Source of the DNA: an uncultured Gemmatimonadales bacterium | GTDB taxonomy: Bacteria; Gemmatimonadota; Gemmatimonadetes; Gemmatimonadales; GWC2-71-9 | Reading direction: 5' to 3' | NCBI GenBank assembly: GCA_963739455.1 | Contig: CAVUAK010000001.1 | Location: 704,001-768,000, forward strand | DNA: 64,000 bases | In this document: positions 9,260 through 18,689 of the stretch, in pieces | Numbering within the stretch: position 1 is the stretch's first letter | How the letters are laid out: the number at the start of each line of letters is the position of its first letter | Program-made: the position numbers and the translations under genes | The notes under the pieces: model-generated | What the model was told of the DNA's origin: nothing | The model's database searches: none | The model's input: only the letters and a program-made list of their open reading frames with translations

Positions 9260-9700
9260 ATGCCTTCCCTCGACACCGTCATCGCTCGTTTCCGCAGCGC
9301 CGACCGCAACACCCGGCTCGAGACGCTGCTCGATTACTCACGCAAGCTTCCACCACTCCCGCCGGAGTACGAGGCGCTCAAGGCCGAAGGGAAGAACCTC
9401 GTCCCGGAGTGCCAGACGCCGGTGTATCTCTGGATCGGTGTCGACCACGGCAAGGTGAGCCTGCATGCCGACGTGCCGCGTGAGTCTCCCACCGTACGCG
9501 GATTTGTGGCGCTGCTGCTCAAGACGCTCGACGGTCTTTCACCCGCTGAAGTCGCTGCCGTGCCGGGCGACCTCCTCGACCAGATGCAGCTGACCGAGAC
9601 CCTGGGGATGATGCGCACCCAGGGCCTCACGTCCATTCTCGGGCGCATCAAGCGCTCGGTGGCGAACCCCACCTTGCAGGACGCCAGCCCCGGAACCTGA
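9260..9700 (+). CDS. sufE: SufE family sulfur-acceptor protein
   Basis: LLDYSRKLPPLP, VPECQTPV, ESPTVRGF. Confidence 0.85.
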   Translation: MPSLDTVIARFRSADRNTRLETLLDYSRKLPPLPPEYEALKAEGKNLVPECQTPVYLWIGVDHGKVSLHADVPRESPTVRGFVALLLKTLDGLSPAEVAAVPGDLLDQMQLTETLGMMRTQGLTSILGRIKRSVANPTLQDASPGT

Positions 9701-9860
9701 TGTAGTACCGTCAAACAGTTCCGTTGCGATTACTCAGCGCGCAATGCCTTGCAGTTGCGGTAGCGGCCCGGCAATCTGCTGTCTCATAACTACATATTCA
9801 ACAAAGTTTTAGGTTGGCCTGCGGCCACGCCTGAAACGCTCACCGCCAACTGCTGCAGTC

Positions 9861-9876
9861 CGGCGCGCTAGATGCA
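9861..9876 (+). promoter_or_regulatory. Putative sigma-54 promoter
   Basis: CGGCGCGCTAGATGCA (GG-N10-GC) about 50 nt before ATG 9927; AT-rich stretch upstream at 9785-9812. Confidence 0.4.
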
Positions 9877-9926
9877 TAGTAGCCTGTAGAGTTCAAGCTC
9901 TATACATCAACCATCGAGTGCTGGAC

Positions 9927-11345
9927 ATGTATCGAATCCGCCGGGAAACAGGCGAGGAAGTGAACTTCGGCTCCATCGACGAGCTCGGCGCTGCCGTGGC
10001 TTCCGGGGTGGTTACGGCCAAGGCCGAGATCTTCCACGCTCGCGCAGAGAAGTGGCTTCCGATCGCGTCGCATCCGCACTTCAAGATGGCGCACGACCGG
10101 ATCAACAGTGCGACGGCGCCACGGGCAACATCGAGCCAGCGTCCGGCGCTGAGCGCATCGGGACAGCGACCGGCGATCACGGTGCCCCAGGTGAATGCGC
10201 CGGCCCCGGCGCCATCGACCAGCGTGCCTCGCACGCAGGCACCCCAACTGCGCGTGATGCGACCGGACGCACCCGCAGCACCGGCGACCACCGCGACGGA
10301 AGCGGCAACGCAAAAGCCGGCGCCAAGGTGGAACAGTGCCCAGCGTCCCGCGGCGCGTGCGGTGGCCCCGAAACCATCGGCACCGACAGCGCCACCGGCC
10401 AACGACCTGCGTCTCGTGCGCGCGGACATTCGGCTCACTGGCGCGGCCACCGCTCCTGCCTTGCCCGAGGTGGAGTTCGAGTTGTTGCCCGAGATCGAGG
10501 AACCGGCAGTCATCCAGCCCGCCCCGACACCAGCCGTCGTGGTCGAGCAGACCCTCGCTGAGATTCCCGTCGCCCAGTCGGCCGTCATCGAGCCGGTCCC
10601 GGTCGAGCCGGTCGCGTTCGATCCTGCCGTTGTCGAAGCGATGGCTGAACCCGAATTGGAGACGACGGTGGTCGAGCGTTCACCGGCCTCCGTTGAGCTC
10701 GTCTCGCACGAGCAGAAGCCGAGCGCTCATCGCGGCGAGGTGGAGATCATCAATCCCGACCGGTCGATGCCGGTGGTGAACGACAGGGAGATTCCGGCCC
10801 TCGAAATCCCGGCTCCGATCCAGGACTTCGCGCAGAATGAGCCGCCGGCAGCGTCGGCGGCCAAGGCCTCGAAGGCACCGCTCTTTATCGGACTTGGCCT
10901 GGCCGCGGCCGTAGCGGCAGGGATTGGCTACTTCGTCCTCAAGCCGTCGAGTGCGGCGCCCCCGGCGCCGACCCCGACGGTGTCGACCGCGACGGTGTCG
11001 ACCGCCAAGCCGACACCGGTCAGCACCGCTCCAGCCGCGTCGCAGCCGGCACCTGCGCCGGTGGTGGCACCAGCGCCGCCCACGGGCGCGTCAACGGGTC
11101 TCGGTGGCGATGTACAGCCGCGGAAGCCGAAGGCGAAGCCGTCGGACGATGCGAAGGCAACGGTGGGCGACGGCCTCGAGCCACCGCCGGAGGAGGTCAT
11201 GCCGGCCGCGCCGAGCATTGGCACGCTGGGCGACAACGCGGCACTTCCTACGGTTGATGCGGGGGGAGCTTCACTGAAGATGGTGGACCGCGCCAACGCC
11301 CTCGAGCGGCAGCGGCGGCTGATCGATTCGAGCATGAAGCACTAG
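9927..11345 (+). CDS. Single-pass membrane protein with small N-terminal domain and Pro/Ala-rich linkers
   Basis: Long ORF; TM segment PLFIGLGLAAAVAAGIGYFVL. Confidence 0.7.
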   Translation: MYRIRRETGEEVNFGSIDELGAAVASGVVTAKAEIFHARAEKWLPIASHPHFKMAHDRINSATAPRATSSQRPALSASGQRPAITVPQVNAPAPAPSTSVPRTQAPQLRVMRPDAPAAPATTATEAATQKPAPRWNSAQRPAARAVAPKPSAPTAPPANDLRLVRADIRLTGAATAPALPEVEFELLPEIEEPAVIQPAPTPAVVVEQTLAEIPVAQSAVIEPVPVEPVAFDPAVVEAMAEPELETTVVERSPASVELVSHEQKPSAHRGEVEIINPDRSMPVVNDREIPALEIPAPIQDFAQNEPPAASAAKASKAPLFIGLGLAAAVAAGIGYFVLKPSSAAPPAPTPTVSTATVSTAKPTPVSTAPAASQPAPAPVVAPAPPTGASTGLGGDVQPRKPKAKPSDDAKATVGDGLEPPPEEVMPAAPSIGTLGDNAALPTVDAGGASLKMVDRANALERQRRLIDSSMKH

Positions 11346-11971
11346 ACGACCCGGCCTGACAGCACTTCCATCGTCGTCACCAGCTTCACCCCGCGGCGCT
11401 CCCAATCCTTGAGGAGCGCCGCGCCGCTTTCGGGATTGATGGCGCGCGTGGCATCCGTGACGAGGTGAATCCGGGCCATCGGCCGGTGGAGCAGGAGTCC
11501 CTCGATCGCAAACCGGTTGCATACGTCGAGTGCCACTCCGTACAGCACGATGTCGCTCGGGTCGAGCAGCTGGAGCAGTGGCACCACGTGAGGATTGGTG
11601 AAGACATCAAACCAGTGCTTGTGCAACAGGAAATCACCGTGATGCCCGCGCACACCGGCCGGGATGGGCAGGCCGGGTTCCAGCACCAGCGGATCATGCA
11701 GGGTGGTCTCGGGGATCTTGCGCTGACCCGGCGTGCCGCGCATGCAGTGCTCGGGGAACGACTCCTGGAAATCGGGTGCGTTGCTGAGCTCCCGGTGCGC
11801 CGGCTCATGGTCATCGGCGCTGGCCACGATGCGGATACCGCGAGCATGGGCATAGGCGGTGAGTGCCGCGAGGTTCGGAATGATCGCCTCGCTATCACCC
11901 ACGTAGAGCTTCCCGGTTGCACGCATGAAATCGTGTTGCGTATCCACGTCCCAGAACAACGCCCCGTTCAT
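11342..11971 (-). CDS. pncA: Nicotinamidase / isochorismatase-family cysteine hydrolase
   Basis: DVDTQHDF, FPEHC, YGVALDVC; coupled to the NAPRTase gene. Confidence 0.8.
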   Translation of the reverse strand: MNGALFWDVDTQHDFMRATGKLYVGDSEAIIPNLAALTAYAHARGIRIVASADDHEPAHRELSNAPDFQESFPEHCMRGTPGQRKIPETTLHDPLVLEPGLPIPAGVRGHHGDFLLHKHWFDVFTNPHVVPLLQLLDPSDIVLYGVALDVCNRFAIEGLLLHRPMARIHLVTDATRAINPESGAALLKDWERRGVKLVTTMEVLSGRVV

Positions 11972-13032
11972 GAAACGGGCTCCAGGCGAGGGTTGGGCCG
12001 ATAACCGCGGCCGACCTTGGCACAGGGCTTTCCATCGAGCAGCACTACGTCGGCCGTAAAGTCGAATCGGCCCTCGAAGAGTGACGAACCCACACCGTAG
12101 GCGTCTACCGGCACGGCGAGGCGCTCGAACTCGCGGATCTTGTCGACCGTGAACCCACCCGATACCACGATGCGCACGTTGCCGAACCCGCGGCTGTCCA
12201 GCGCGGCGCGCACGTTCTCCACCAGCCGGGGATTGACGCCGGTGGGGCGGAAGCGCCCCATCTCCTCGAAGAGTGACCGGTCCACCAGCATCTCGCTGGT
12301 GTCGATGCGCACGCCATAGAGCCGCTCGCCCAGCGCCTCGGCCACCTCGAGCGCGGTGCGCACGCAGTCGTTCTCGAAATCGACGAGCGTGACCAGTCGC
12401 ACCGAGGGCGGCATGTACTGGGCGAACTTCTGCGTGGCGCGCACGGTGTCGCCACCATACGCCGCGATGAGGGCATGTGGCACGGTGCCTACCCCCTCGC
12501 TGCCCCACCAGCTGGCTTGCGCATCGGTGGAGACACCGATTGCTCCAGCTATGTGTGCGGCATACCCGTCACCGGTCTGGACCAGCCAGTGGTCGTGCCG
12601 GGCAGGAAAGAACATCACTTCCTTGGGTGCGGCCGCTTCCACGACCCGGCGGGTGTTGGTGCCGACCTTGGTGCGGCGCGCCAGCACACCGAGGTACAGC
12701 GTCTCGAGCTGGGCGAAGGTGTCGTAGGGACCCTCGATCAGCAGTACCGTCTCCCACGGCTCCACCGCGTCACCATCGTGCAGTGCGTGCACGACCAGGT
12801 CGGGCCAGCGATCGCAGCATAGCTTGAGGATCGCGATAGCCTCATCGATGCCGCCGAGGAAGGCGTGCTGCTTGCCGAACACCTGCATGGTGACGTGGGG
12901 GCGGTCGCCGTCGGCCTGGAGAATTTCGCGGGTGCGGACGAAGTACTTGTCGGAATAGTACCCGGCGCGCATCCGCTCCACGGGGAGATTGAAAATGGCA
13001 GGATCGAGCCGTCGGCGGCGGGGTTCTGTCAT
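11968..13032 (-). CDS. pncB: Nicotinate phosphoribosyltransferase (NAPRTase/QAPRTase family)
   Basis: YYSDKYF, GTVPHAL, GVRIDTS, IVVSGGF, YGVGS. Confidence 0.8.
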   Translation of the reverse strand: MTEPRRRRLDPAIFNLPVERMRAGYYSDKYFVRTREILQADGDRPHVTMQVFGKQHAFLGGIDEAIAILKLCCDRWPDLVVHALHDGDAVEPWETVLLIEGPYDTFAQLETLYLGVLARRTKVGTNTRRVVEAAAPKEVMFFPARHDHWLVQTGDGYAAHIAGAIGVSTDAQASWWGSEGVGTVPHALIAAYGGDTVRATQKFAQYMPPSVRLVTLVDFENDCVRTALEVAEALGERLYGVRIDTSEMLVDRSLFEEMGRFRPTGVNPRLVENVRAALDSRGFGNVRIVVSGGFTVDKIREFERLAVPVDAYGVGSSLFEGRFDFTADVVLLDGKPCAKVGRGYRPNPRLEPVS

Positions 13033-13171
13033 GCGTCCTCGGGGGGAGAAGTGGCAAGCGACCGAACTTAAGGCGCGCAAGAAGGCGGCGGCAAGTTGAC
13101 AGGGCGTGACGTGCTCCCTAAATCCCGTGGTCGCCAGCCGCACCTCATCCCGCATCCCAGGACGCCCACGC

Positions 13172-14220
13172 GTGACTGAGCACCCTTCTCGACGTTCGTT
13201 CATCGGCACGGCCGGCAGCCTCGCCGCTGTCATGGCGCTTCCGGGGTTCGGGAGACCGATGTCATTCAGGCTCCCTTCGTCCGGCGAGCGCCTGCGGCCC
13301 AGCCGGTGGCGATCAGCTCCGCCAACAGCCTGGCACCAGTGACGCGCACTGCGGAGCTGGTGCTGCAGGGAACGGACACGCTCGATGCGGCGGTGGAAGG
13401 AGTGAAGATCCAGGAGCTCGACCCGAAGGACGATTCGGTGGGCTATGGCGGGCTGCCGAACGCCGATGGTGTGGTGCAACTCGATTGCTCCTGCATGCAC
13501 GGCCCGACGAGGCGCGCGGGAGCGGTGGGGGCGCTCGAGGGAATCAAGACACCAAGCGAGGTGGCGCGGCTGGTCCTCAAGTACACCAACCACATCCTGC
13601 TCGTGGGTGAGGGAGCGAAAAAGTTTGCGCTGTCATACGGGCTCAAGGAGGAGGACCTGCTCACCCCGGAGTCACGGCAGAAGTGGCTGGTATGGCGGGC
13701 GAATCGCGGGCCGGACGACGACTTCCTGCAGGTGCCCGACAACGAGCCGATGGTGGTGCGCCCCACCGGCACGATCAACCTCGATGTGGTGAATGCGGCA
13801 GGCGACATCTCCTCCATCACCACCACGAGCGGGCTGGCGTGGAAGATTCCCGGGCGCGTGGGTGATTCGGCGATCGTGGGCGCGGGCCAGTACACCGACA
13901 ACGAAGTCGGTGCCGCGGGATCGACCGGGCGGGGCGAGTCGAACATCATGGCATGCGGCGGATTCCTGACGGTGGAGGGGATGCGGCGAGGGCTCAAGCC
14001 CACCGATGCCTGCCTGGAAACGCTCAAGCGCACGGTCGCGATGTCGCCGTCGCGGCTGATCGGCGCGAATGGGCGACCCACGTTCGGGCTCACCTTCTAT
14101 GCGGTGAACAAGAAGGGCGAGTTCGGCTCGGCGTCGATGTATCCGGGCAAGTTCGCGGTGCATGATGGCAAGGAGGCGCGCTTCGCTGATTGCGCGTACC
14201 TGTTTGAGAGAAGCAAGTGA
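13172..14220 (+). CDS. Tat-exported Ntn-hydrolase, glycosylasparaginase/asparaginase type 2 (frameshift at about 13300)
   Basis: SRRSFI twin-Arg signal in the upstream frame; SVGYGGLPN, TGTIN, GRVGDS, STGRGE. Confidence 0.85.
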
Positions 14221-15413
14221 GGGAAGCGTCGGCAGTCGGCAGTCGGCAGTCGGCAGGGAGTCGGAAGTCAGCAGTGGCAATGCTGCTGCTGGCCATCGCT
14301 TGCTTCGCACCGCCCGTGGCGGCGCAGAGGGTCGAGGCAAAGCTGAGGGATCCGGGACAGTGGCTCACCAGCTACTACCCGTTCATCGCGCTGCTGCCAA
14401 ACAACGGGCCGACCATCGAAATGCGCGCGCAGCACTGGCAGATGGCGCCATACGGCGGCCCGGTGACGGCGGCGGTCCTGTTCAAGGGGCGCGCGGCATG
14501 GGCTCCATGGGGCGGGAGCTGGCTGGTGAACTTCGGCATGAATGCCCCGCTGCTTCGGCCTGGCTGGCGGCTCATGGCCGATATCCGTGCCGGCAGCGAC
14601 ACCCGCTACGGGTTCTATGGCTTCGGCAACACGAACGACATCGATCCCGACCTCACCAGGGATTCGGAGCCCTTCCTCTACCGGGTGCAGCGAAACCTCT
14701 ACGCGGCGACAGTGGACCTGACGCGCAGGATCACGGGCCCGCTCGGCGCCTCAGTGATGTTGAACGGCAGCATTGCCGACTACAGCTCGCTGTCGCCCAC
14801 GTCAACGTTCGAGCAGGTGGTCGGGTCCGACCTCAACCAGGCCGAGGGGTCGGTGACGGGTGCGCTGGTACTCGACCTTCGCGACAACGAATACGACACG
14901 CGGAAGGGACTGCTCGCTGAGGCGGGAGGCCAGTTCGGGATCTCGGACAACAACTACACACGGTGGTACGGCATTGCGCGCGGCTGGCTGCCGGCGACGA
15001 AGACGACGGTCGTCGCAGCGCGCATCTTCGTCTCCAACATGACTGGTACGCCGACCCTGCTGGCGCAGCAGGTGCTGCCCGGATGGGAATCACCCTACGC
15101 CGTGCTCGGCAGCGAAGAATCGCACCGGGCCCTTCCCTACGGCCGCTTCACTGGCACCGGCCTGCTCGGCACCAACCTCGAGGTGCGCCAGGGGATCATC
15201 ACCAAGGGTGAGTACGGGGCGCTGGGCGTGGTGCTCTTCCTGGACGCCGGCCGATCATTCGAGAACGATTTCAAGCTGACGTTCGATGAGTGGACGGTGG
15301 GTGGCGGCGGTGGGCTGGTTGTGAGGATCCTGCGGGGCAACGTCTTCATCCTGACCTACGGCATCACCAAGAACGAGAGCCACGTCGGGTTCAGGACCGG
15401 CTGGATGTTCTAG
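14217..15413 (+). CDS. BamA/TamA-like (Omp85) outer-membrane beta-barrel protein
   Basis: Signal peptide; DLRDNEY, GRFTG, FLDAGR, terminal Phe; alternative start ATG 14280. Confidence 0.75.
   Translation: MREASAVGSRQSAGSRKSAVAMLLLAIACFAPPVAAQRVEAKLRDPGQWLTSYYPFIALLPNNGPTIEMRAQHWQMAPYGGPVTAAVLFKGRAAWAPWGGSWLVNFGMNAPLLRPGWRLMADIRAGSDTRYGFYGFGNTNDIDPDLTRDSEPFLYRVQRNLYAATVDLTRRITGPLGASVMLNGSIADYSSLSPTSTFEQVVGSDLNQAEGSVTGALVLDLRDNEYDTRKGLLAEAGGQFGISDNNYTRWYGIARGWLPATKTTVVAARIFVSNMTGTPTLLAQQVLPGWESPYAVLGSEESHRALPYGRFTGTGLLGTNLEVRQGIITKGEYGALGVVLFLDAGRSFENDFKLTFDEWTVGGGGGLVVRILRGNVFILTYGITKNESHVGFRTGWMF
14228..14273 (+). repeat. GTCGGCA heptamer array
   Basis: (gtcggca)x4 ggga gtcggaa gtcagca. Confidence 0.9.
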
Positions 15414-15964
15414 TCGTCCTGCTCTGGTGGCGGAAGCGGAGGAGCCGGCCACTCGCCGGTGTTCAGCACTTCACGAATGGTGGTCTCACCGGTGTCGCGG
15501 GCGTACCAGCGGCGTTCCTCCTTCACCTGCTCCGCCGCCGGGATCTTTCCCTTGTTGGCAAGCACCCAGGCCTGCAGCTCCGCCGGCCTCGGACCCCAGT
15601 GGCCGATCTCGCGGAAGTCACCGTCCAGCACAACCACCACTGGAATGGAGCGCGCGCCGTTGGTGAGGTAGCGATCCATGATCTCGGGGTTTGCGTCGCG
15701 CAGGATCAGTCGCAGGCTGATGCCGGGTACTGTCTCCGCGACACGGGCGATGAACGGGACGGTGCTCGAAGTGTCGATGCACCAGTCCTCGGTGATCGCG
15801 AGCAGGTTCAGCGTACGGCCGTCTGCCGCCATTGCCGCCCACTCCGGTGACTTCGCGTTGCGGTAAATGCCCTCCCACAACGGCCGGTGCTGTGGACGCG
15901 CGAGGGCCACGAACTGGTCGAAGGTGAGCGCGCGCTCCCAGACTTTCGCGAAGTCGATCTCCAT
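15410..15964 (-). CDS. Thioredoxin-fold protein (Thioredoxin_9-like)
   Basis: EDWCIDT, YLTNGARSIP, WGPRP. Confidence 0.8.
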   Translation of the reverse strand: MEIDFAKVWERALTFDQFVALARPQHRPLWEGIYRNAKSPEWAAMAADGRTLNLLAITEDWCIDTSSTVPFIARVAETVPGISLRLILRDANPEIMDRYLTNGARSIPVVVVLDGDFREIGHWGPRPAELQAWVLANKGKIPAAEQVKEERRWYARDTGETTIREVLNTGEWPAPPLPPPEQDD

Positions 15965-15967
15965 TGC

Positions 15968-17110
15968 CTACAGCTCCTCGATCACCACCCCGCGCGCCGC
16001 GAGGTCTGCCACGTAGTCCTTGAACGGGACGGCCTCATCGGGGGTGTGCACGCCCTTGAGCGTGACCCGGCCGTCGGCCTGCATCTGTCCGGTTATCGAC
16101 AACGAGTATGCCGTGCAACGCATCATGGCAGATATGCCGTGCTCGGCGTCGTAGTAGTCGATGAGCCGGAAGGTGACCTCGGCCTTCTTTCCGTCCTTGA
16201 TGCCCGAGACCTTGACCAGGAGGGCGATGAGGTCCTTGCCCTGCGGCTTGTGCAGCTTGGGGTGCACTGCCGCGATGAACACGTCGCGCGGCACGACCTG
16301 CTGACCCTTCACCGTGATGGGTGAGTTCTCCAGCAGGCCGAGCTCGCGAATGGGACGCATGATGGCGACGTGACCGGGATAGCGCAGCGTCTTGTACTCC
16401 ATGGCGTCCACCTGGCCCTCGTACTTGAACGGCAGCGTGCTGATCCCGCCCGCAGTGTGAAATGCCTCGAGGCTGCCGACCGGCCTGGGGAACTCGACCG
16501 TCTCCAGCTCACTCAGCGCGTCCACCTGCGCCGGCTTGCCGCCGCGCAGCACCCACGATGGCGTCGTGTAGTAGTCGAGCGCGCCCTCGAGGGAGTAGAC
16601 GATCTGGTAGTTGAGTGGAGGCTCGGGGTTCTGCGGCAGGCCCCCGACGTAGATCCGCACGCGCTCCGTCTTGTCGAGCCGGCGAATCCCCTCCGCGGCG
16701 AGGATGGCCACCATGCCCGGTGCCACACCGCAGTCCGGGATGATCGAAAGTCCCTTCGCGGCCGCGGCGGCCTGGAGCTTCTTCTGCTCGAAGACGATCT
16801 CGGTGTTGCCGCCGAGGTCGCTGAAGTGGCAACCGCACTCGACGGCGAGCGCGGCCATCGGGCCGTTGAAGTAGTAGGGCAAGGCGCTCATGACGGCGTC
16901 GTGTCCGGCCATGACCTTGCGCACCGCGGCGTGGTCGGAGCCGTCGAGCTGCTTCAGGACGAGCTTGTCGCTTCGCACTCGCTCGAGGAACGGTGGAAGG
17001 AGATCAATGTTCAGGTCGGCGAGGGTCACCTGGGTGACGCCGTCGCTGTGAAGTAGGTCGTAGGCGCAGGCTGATCCCTGCAATCCAGCGCCGAGGACGA
17101 GCATCTTCAT
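15968..17110 (-). CDS. Saccharopine dehydrogenase family / lysine 6-dehydrogenase
   Basis: GAGLQG, DCGVAPG, YVGGLP, EYKTLRYPGH. Confidence 0.9.
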   Translation of the reverse strand: MKMLVLGAGLQGSACAYDLLHSDGVTQVTLADLNIDLLPPFLERVRSDKLVLKQLDGSDHAAVRKVMAGHDAVMSALPYYFNGPMAALAVECGCHFSDLGGNTEIVFEQKKLQAAAAAKGLSIIPDCGVAPGMVAILAAEGIRRLDKTERVRIYVGGLPQNPEPPLNYQIVYSLEGALDYYTTPSWVLRGGKPAQVDALSELETVEFPRPVGSLEAFHTAGGISTLPFKYEGQVDAMEYKTLRYPGHVAIMRPIRELGLLENSPITVKGQQVVPRDVFIAAVHPKLHKPQGKDLIALLVKVSGIKDGKKAEVTFRLIDYYDAEHGISAMMRCTAYSLSITGQMQADGRVTLKGVHTPDEAVPFKDYVADLAARGVVIEEL

Positions 17111-17268
17111 TCGGAAGCCTGCCTATGAGATAAAAGCCTGAGATAACTGGACTTACGAAAGCCCATGAAGATAGCCAAGCGGCCCGGTTGACTCAACGGG
17201 AAGGGGTACCGCGTGAGGAGGAAAGGCGTCGACGCAAGTAGGAAGAGACGCCGCGTGACATGGCCCTT

Positions 17269-17284
17269 GTGAGTGAGGGCTCAC
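17269..17284. promoter_or_regulatory. Possible TetR operator palindrome
   Basis: GTGAG-N6-CTCAC just upstream of the TetR ATG. Confidence 0.35.
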
Positions 17285-17299
17285 CATTAGATTGCCTCC

Positions 17300-17912
17300 A
17301 TGACCGTACCCGTCCCAGCCCCAAGGAAGCGCGACGGCGAGGCGACCCGGCAGAAGCTGCTCCGGGCGGCGCTCGACCTGTATACGACAGTGGGGTTCAG
17401 GGGCACGACGACGCCGGCGATCGCGGCAAGGGCCGGGGTGGCCGAAGGGACGATCTACCGGCACTTCACCAGCAAGGAGCACCTGCTGAATGAGGTGTAC
17501 CGGGGTGCACAGAAGTGGGCGACGGGCGTGATCAAGGAGATCGAGGAGCAGGCCCAGGGAGCGCGGGCCGCCGAGCGACTGCAGCGGGTGGCGCGACGCT
17601 TCTTCGAGGCGGCCGATCGTGATCCCGCCGCGCTCCGGATGCTGCTCTACAGCTCGAGTGAGAAGGGTCTCGACGAGAAGAGCCGCGATGCGTCGCGCGA
17701 GTTTCGCGAAGGGCTGCAGCAGAGTGGTGGCGAGCGGGAAGTCGGACGGCCTGGTGCGCCCCGGTCCGGCCGACCTGTGGGCATCGGCATGGCTCTCACT
17801 GATCGCGTTCGGTGGCGAGAAGGTCGCGAGCAAGGAGTGGCCCGTTGATCATCCGCACCTGCAACTGCTGATCGACTCCGCCTGGGATGCTGTCTCGGCC
17901 AAGCCCGGTTAA
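17300..17912 (+). CDS. TetR/AcrR family regulator (frameshift at about 17722)
   Basis: IAARAGVAEGTIYRHFTSKEHL HTH; C-terminus continues in the frame of ORF 17619..17912. Confidence 0.85.
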
Positions 17913-18689
17913 GGTGTTTCGCGCCGCCGACCGGTGAACACCGTCAGGTCCCTCGGGTTCACCAGCGACGTTCGCCACCGCACGATCCGTTCACGGCCCG
18001 GACCCACCGGCCGCACCACCAGGTCCCCATCGAGCTGATACGCCAGCGAATCGTCGCCCCAGCGCACCGGGTCGGTGGCACCTGTTGCGATCGCAGCGGG
18101 AGGTCCATCGTCGGGGAAGACGCACAGCGCACCGCCCTCCTCACACGCTGCAACCCGGGCGAAACGCCGGCGATCCCACGATGACACTCAGGGCGCGAGT
18201 CGGCCGACGCCATTTCGCCGGGTGGCTACCTCGGATGGTGCCGGGGAAGCGGGCGGCGCATTGATCCGGTAGATCGTGCGAGTGGTGCGGACAACCAGGG
18301 CACGTCCGTCGTCCGTCCAGGCGATTGCGATTGGCGCGCCGGAACTATCGGGCATGCGCACCTCGCGCTCGGAACCGTTGAGAAGGTTCAGGAGCCAGAT
18401 GCGGGTGCGCGCGGTGTCGCCCTGCTCGCGGGAGCGGAGGAAGGCGACAACATCACCGGCCGGCGTGAGCCGCGGCGACCACTCGGCGGGGAGCGAGAAG
18501 GTGATCTGTACGAGGTCGGAGCCATCGGGGCTCATGGCCCAGATGTCGCCGCGGCCATCGGGCGCATCGGCGACGAGCAGCACGTAGGGATCGCGTCCGA
18601 CCTCGAACCGGTGCCGCAGCGGCGGCAGACCGGTGCACGCCACGAGCAGCAGCAGGGGCACAGCCGAACAATGCTGCGCTACGGCGCAC
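17909..18689 (-). CDS. TolB-like beta-propeller lipoprotein (frameshifted)
   Basis: Lipobox LVAC; DIWAMSPDGSDLVQIT, SPRLTPAGDVVAF. Confidence 0.65.

Noticed and set aside
14228..14273. Heptamer arrays as CRISPR repeats
   Set aside because: Units are 7 nt and directly tandem, with no unique spacers and no cas genes.
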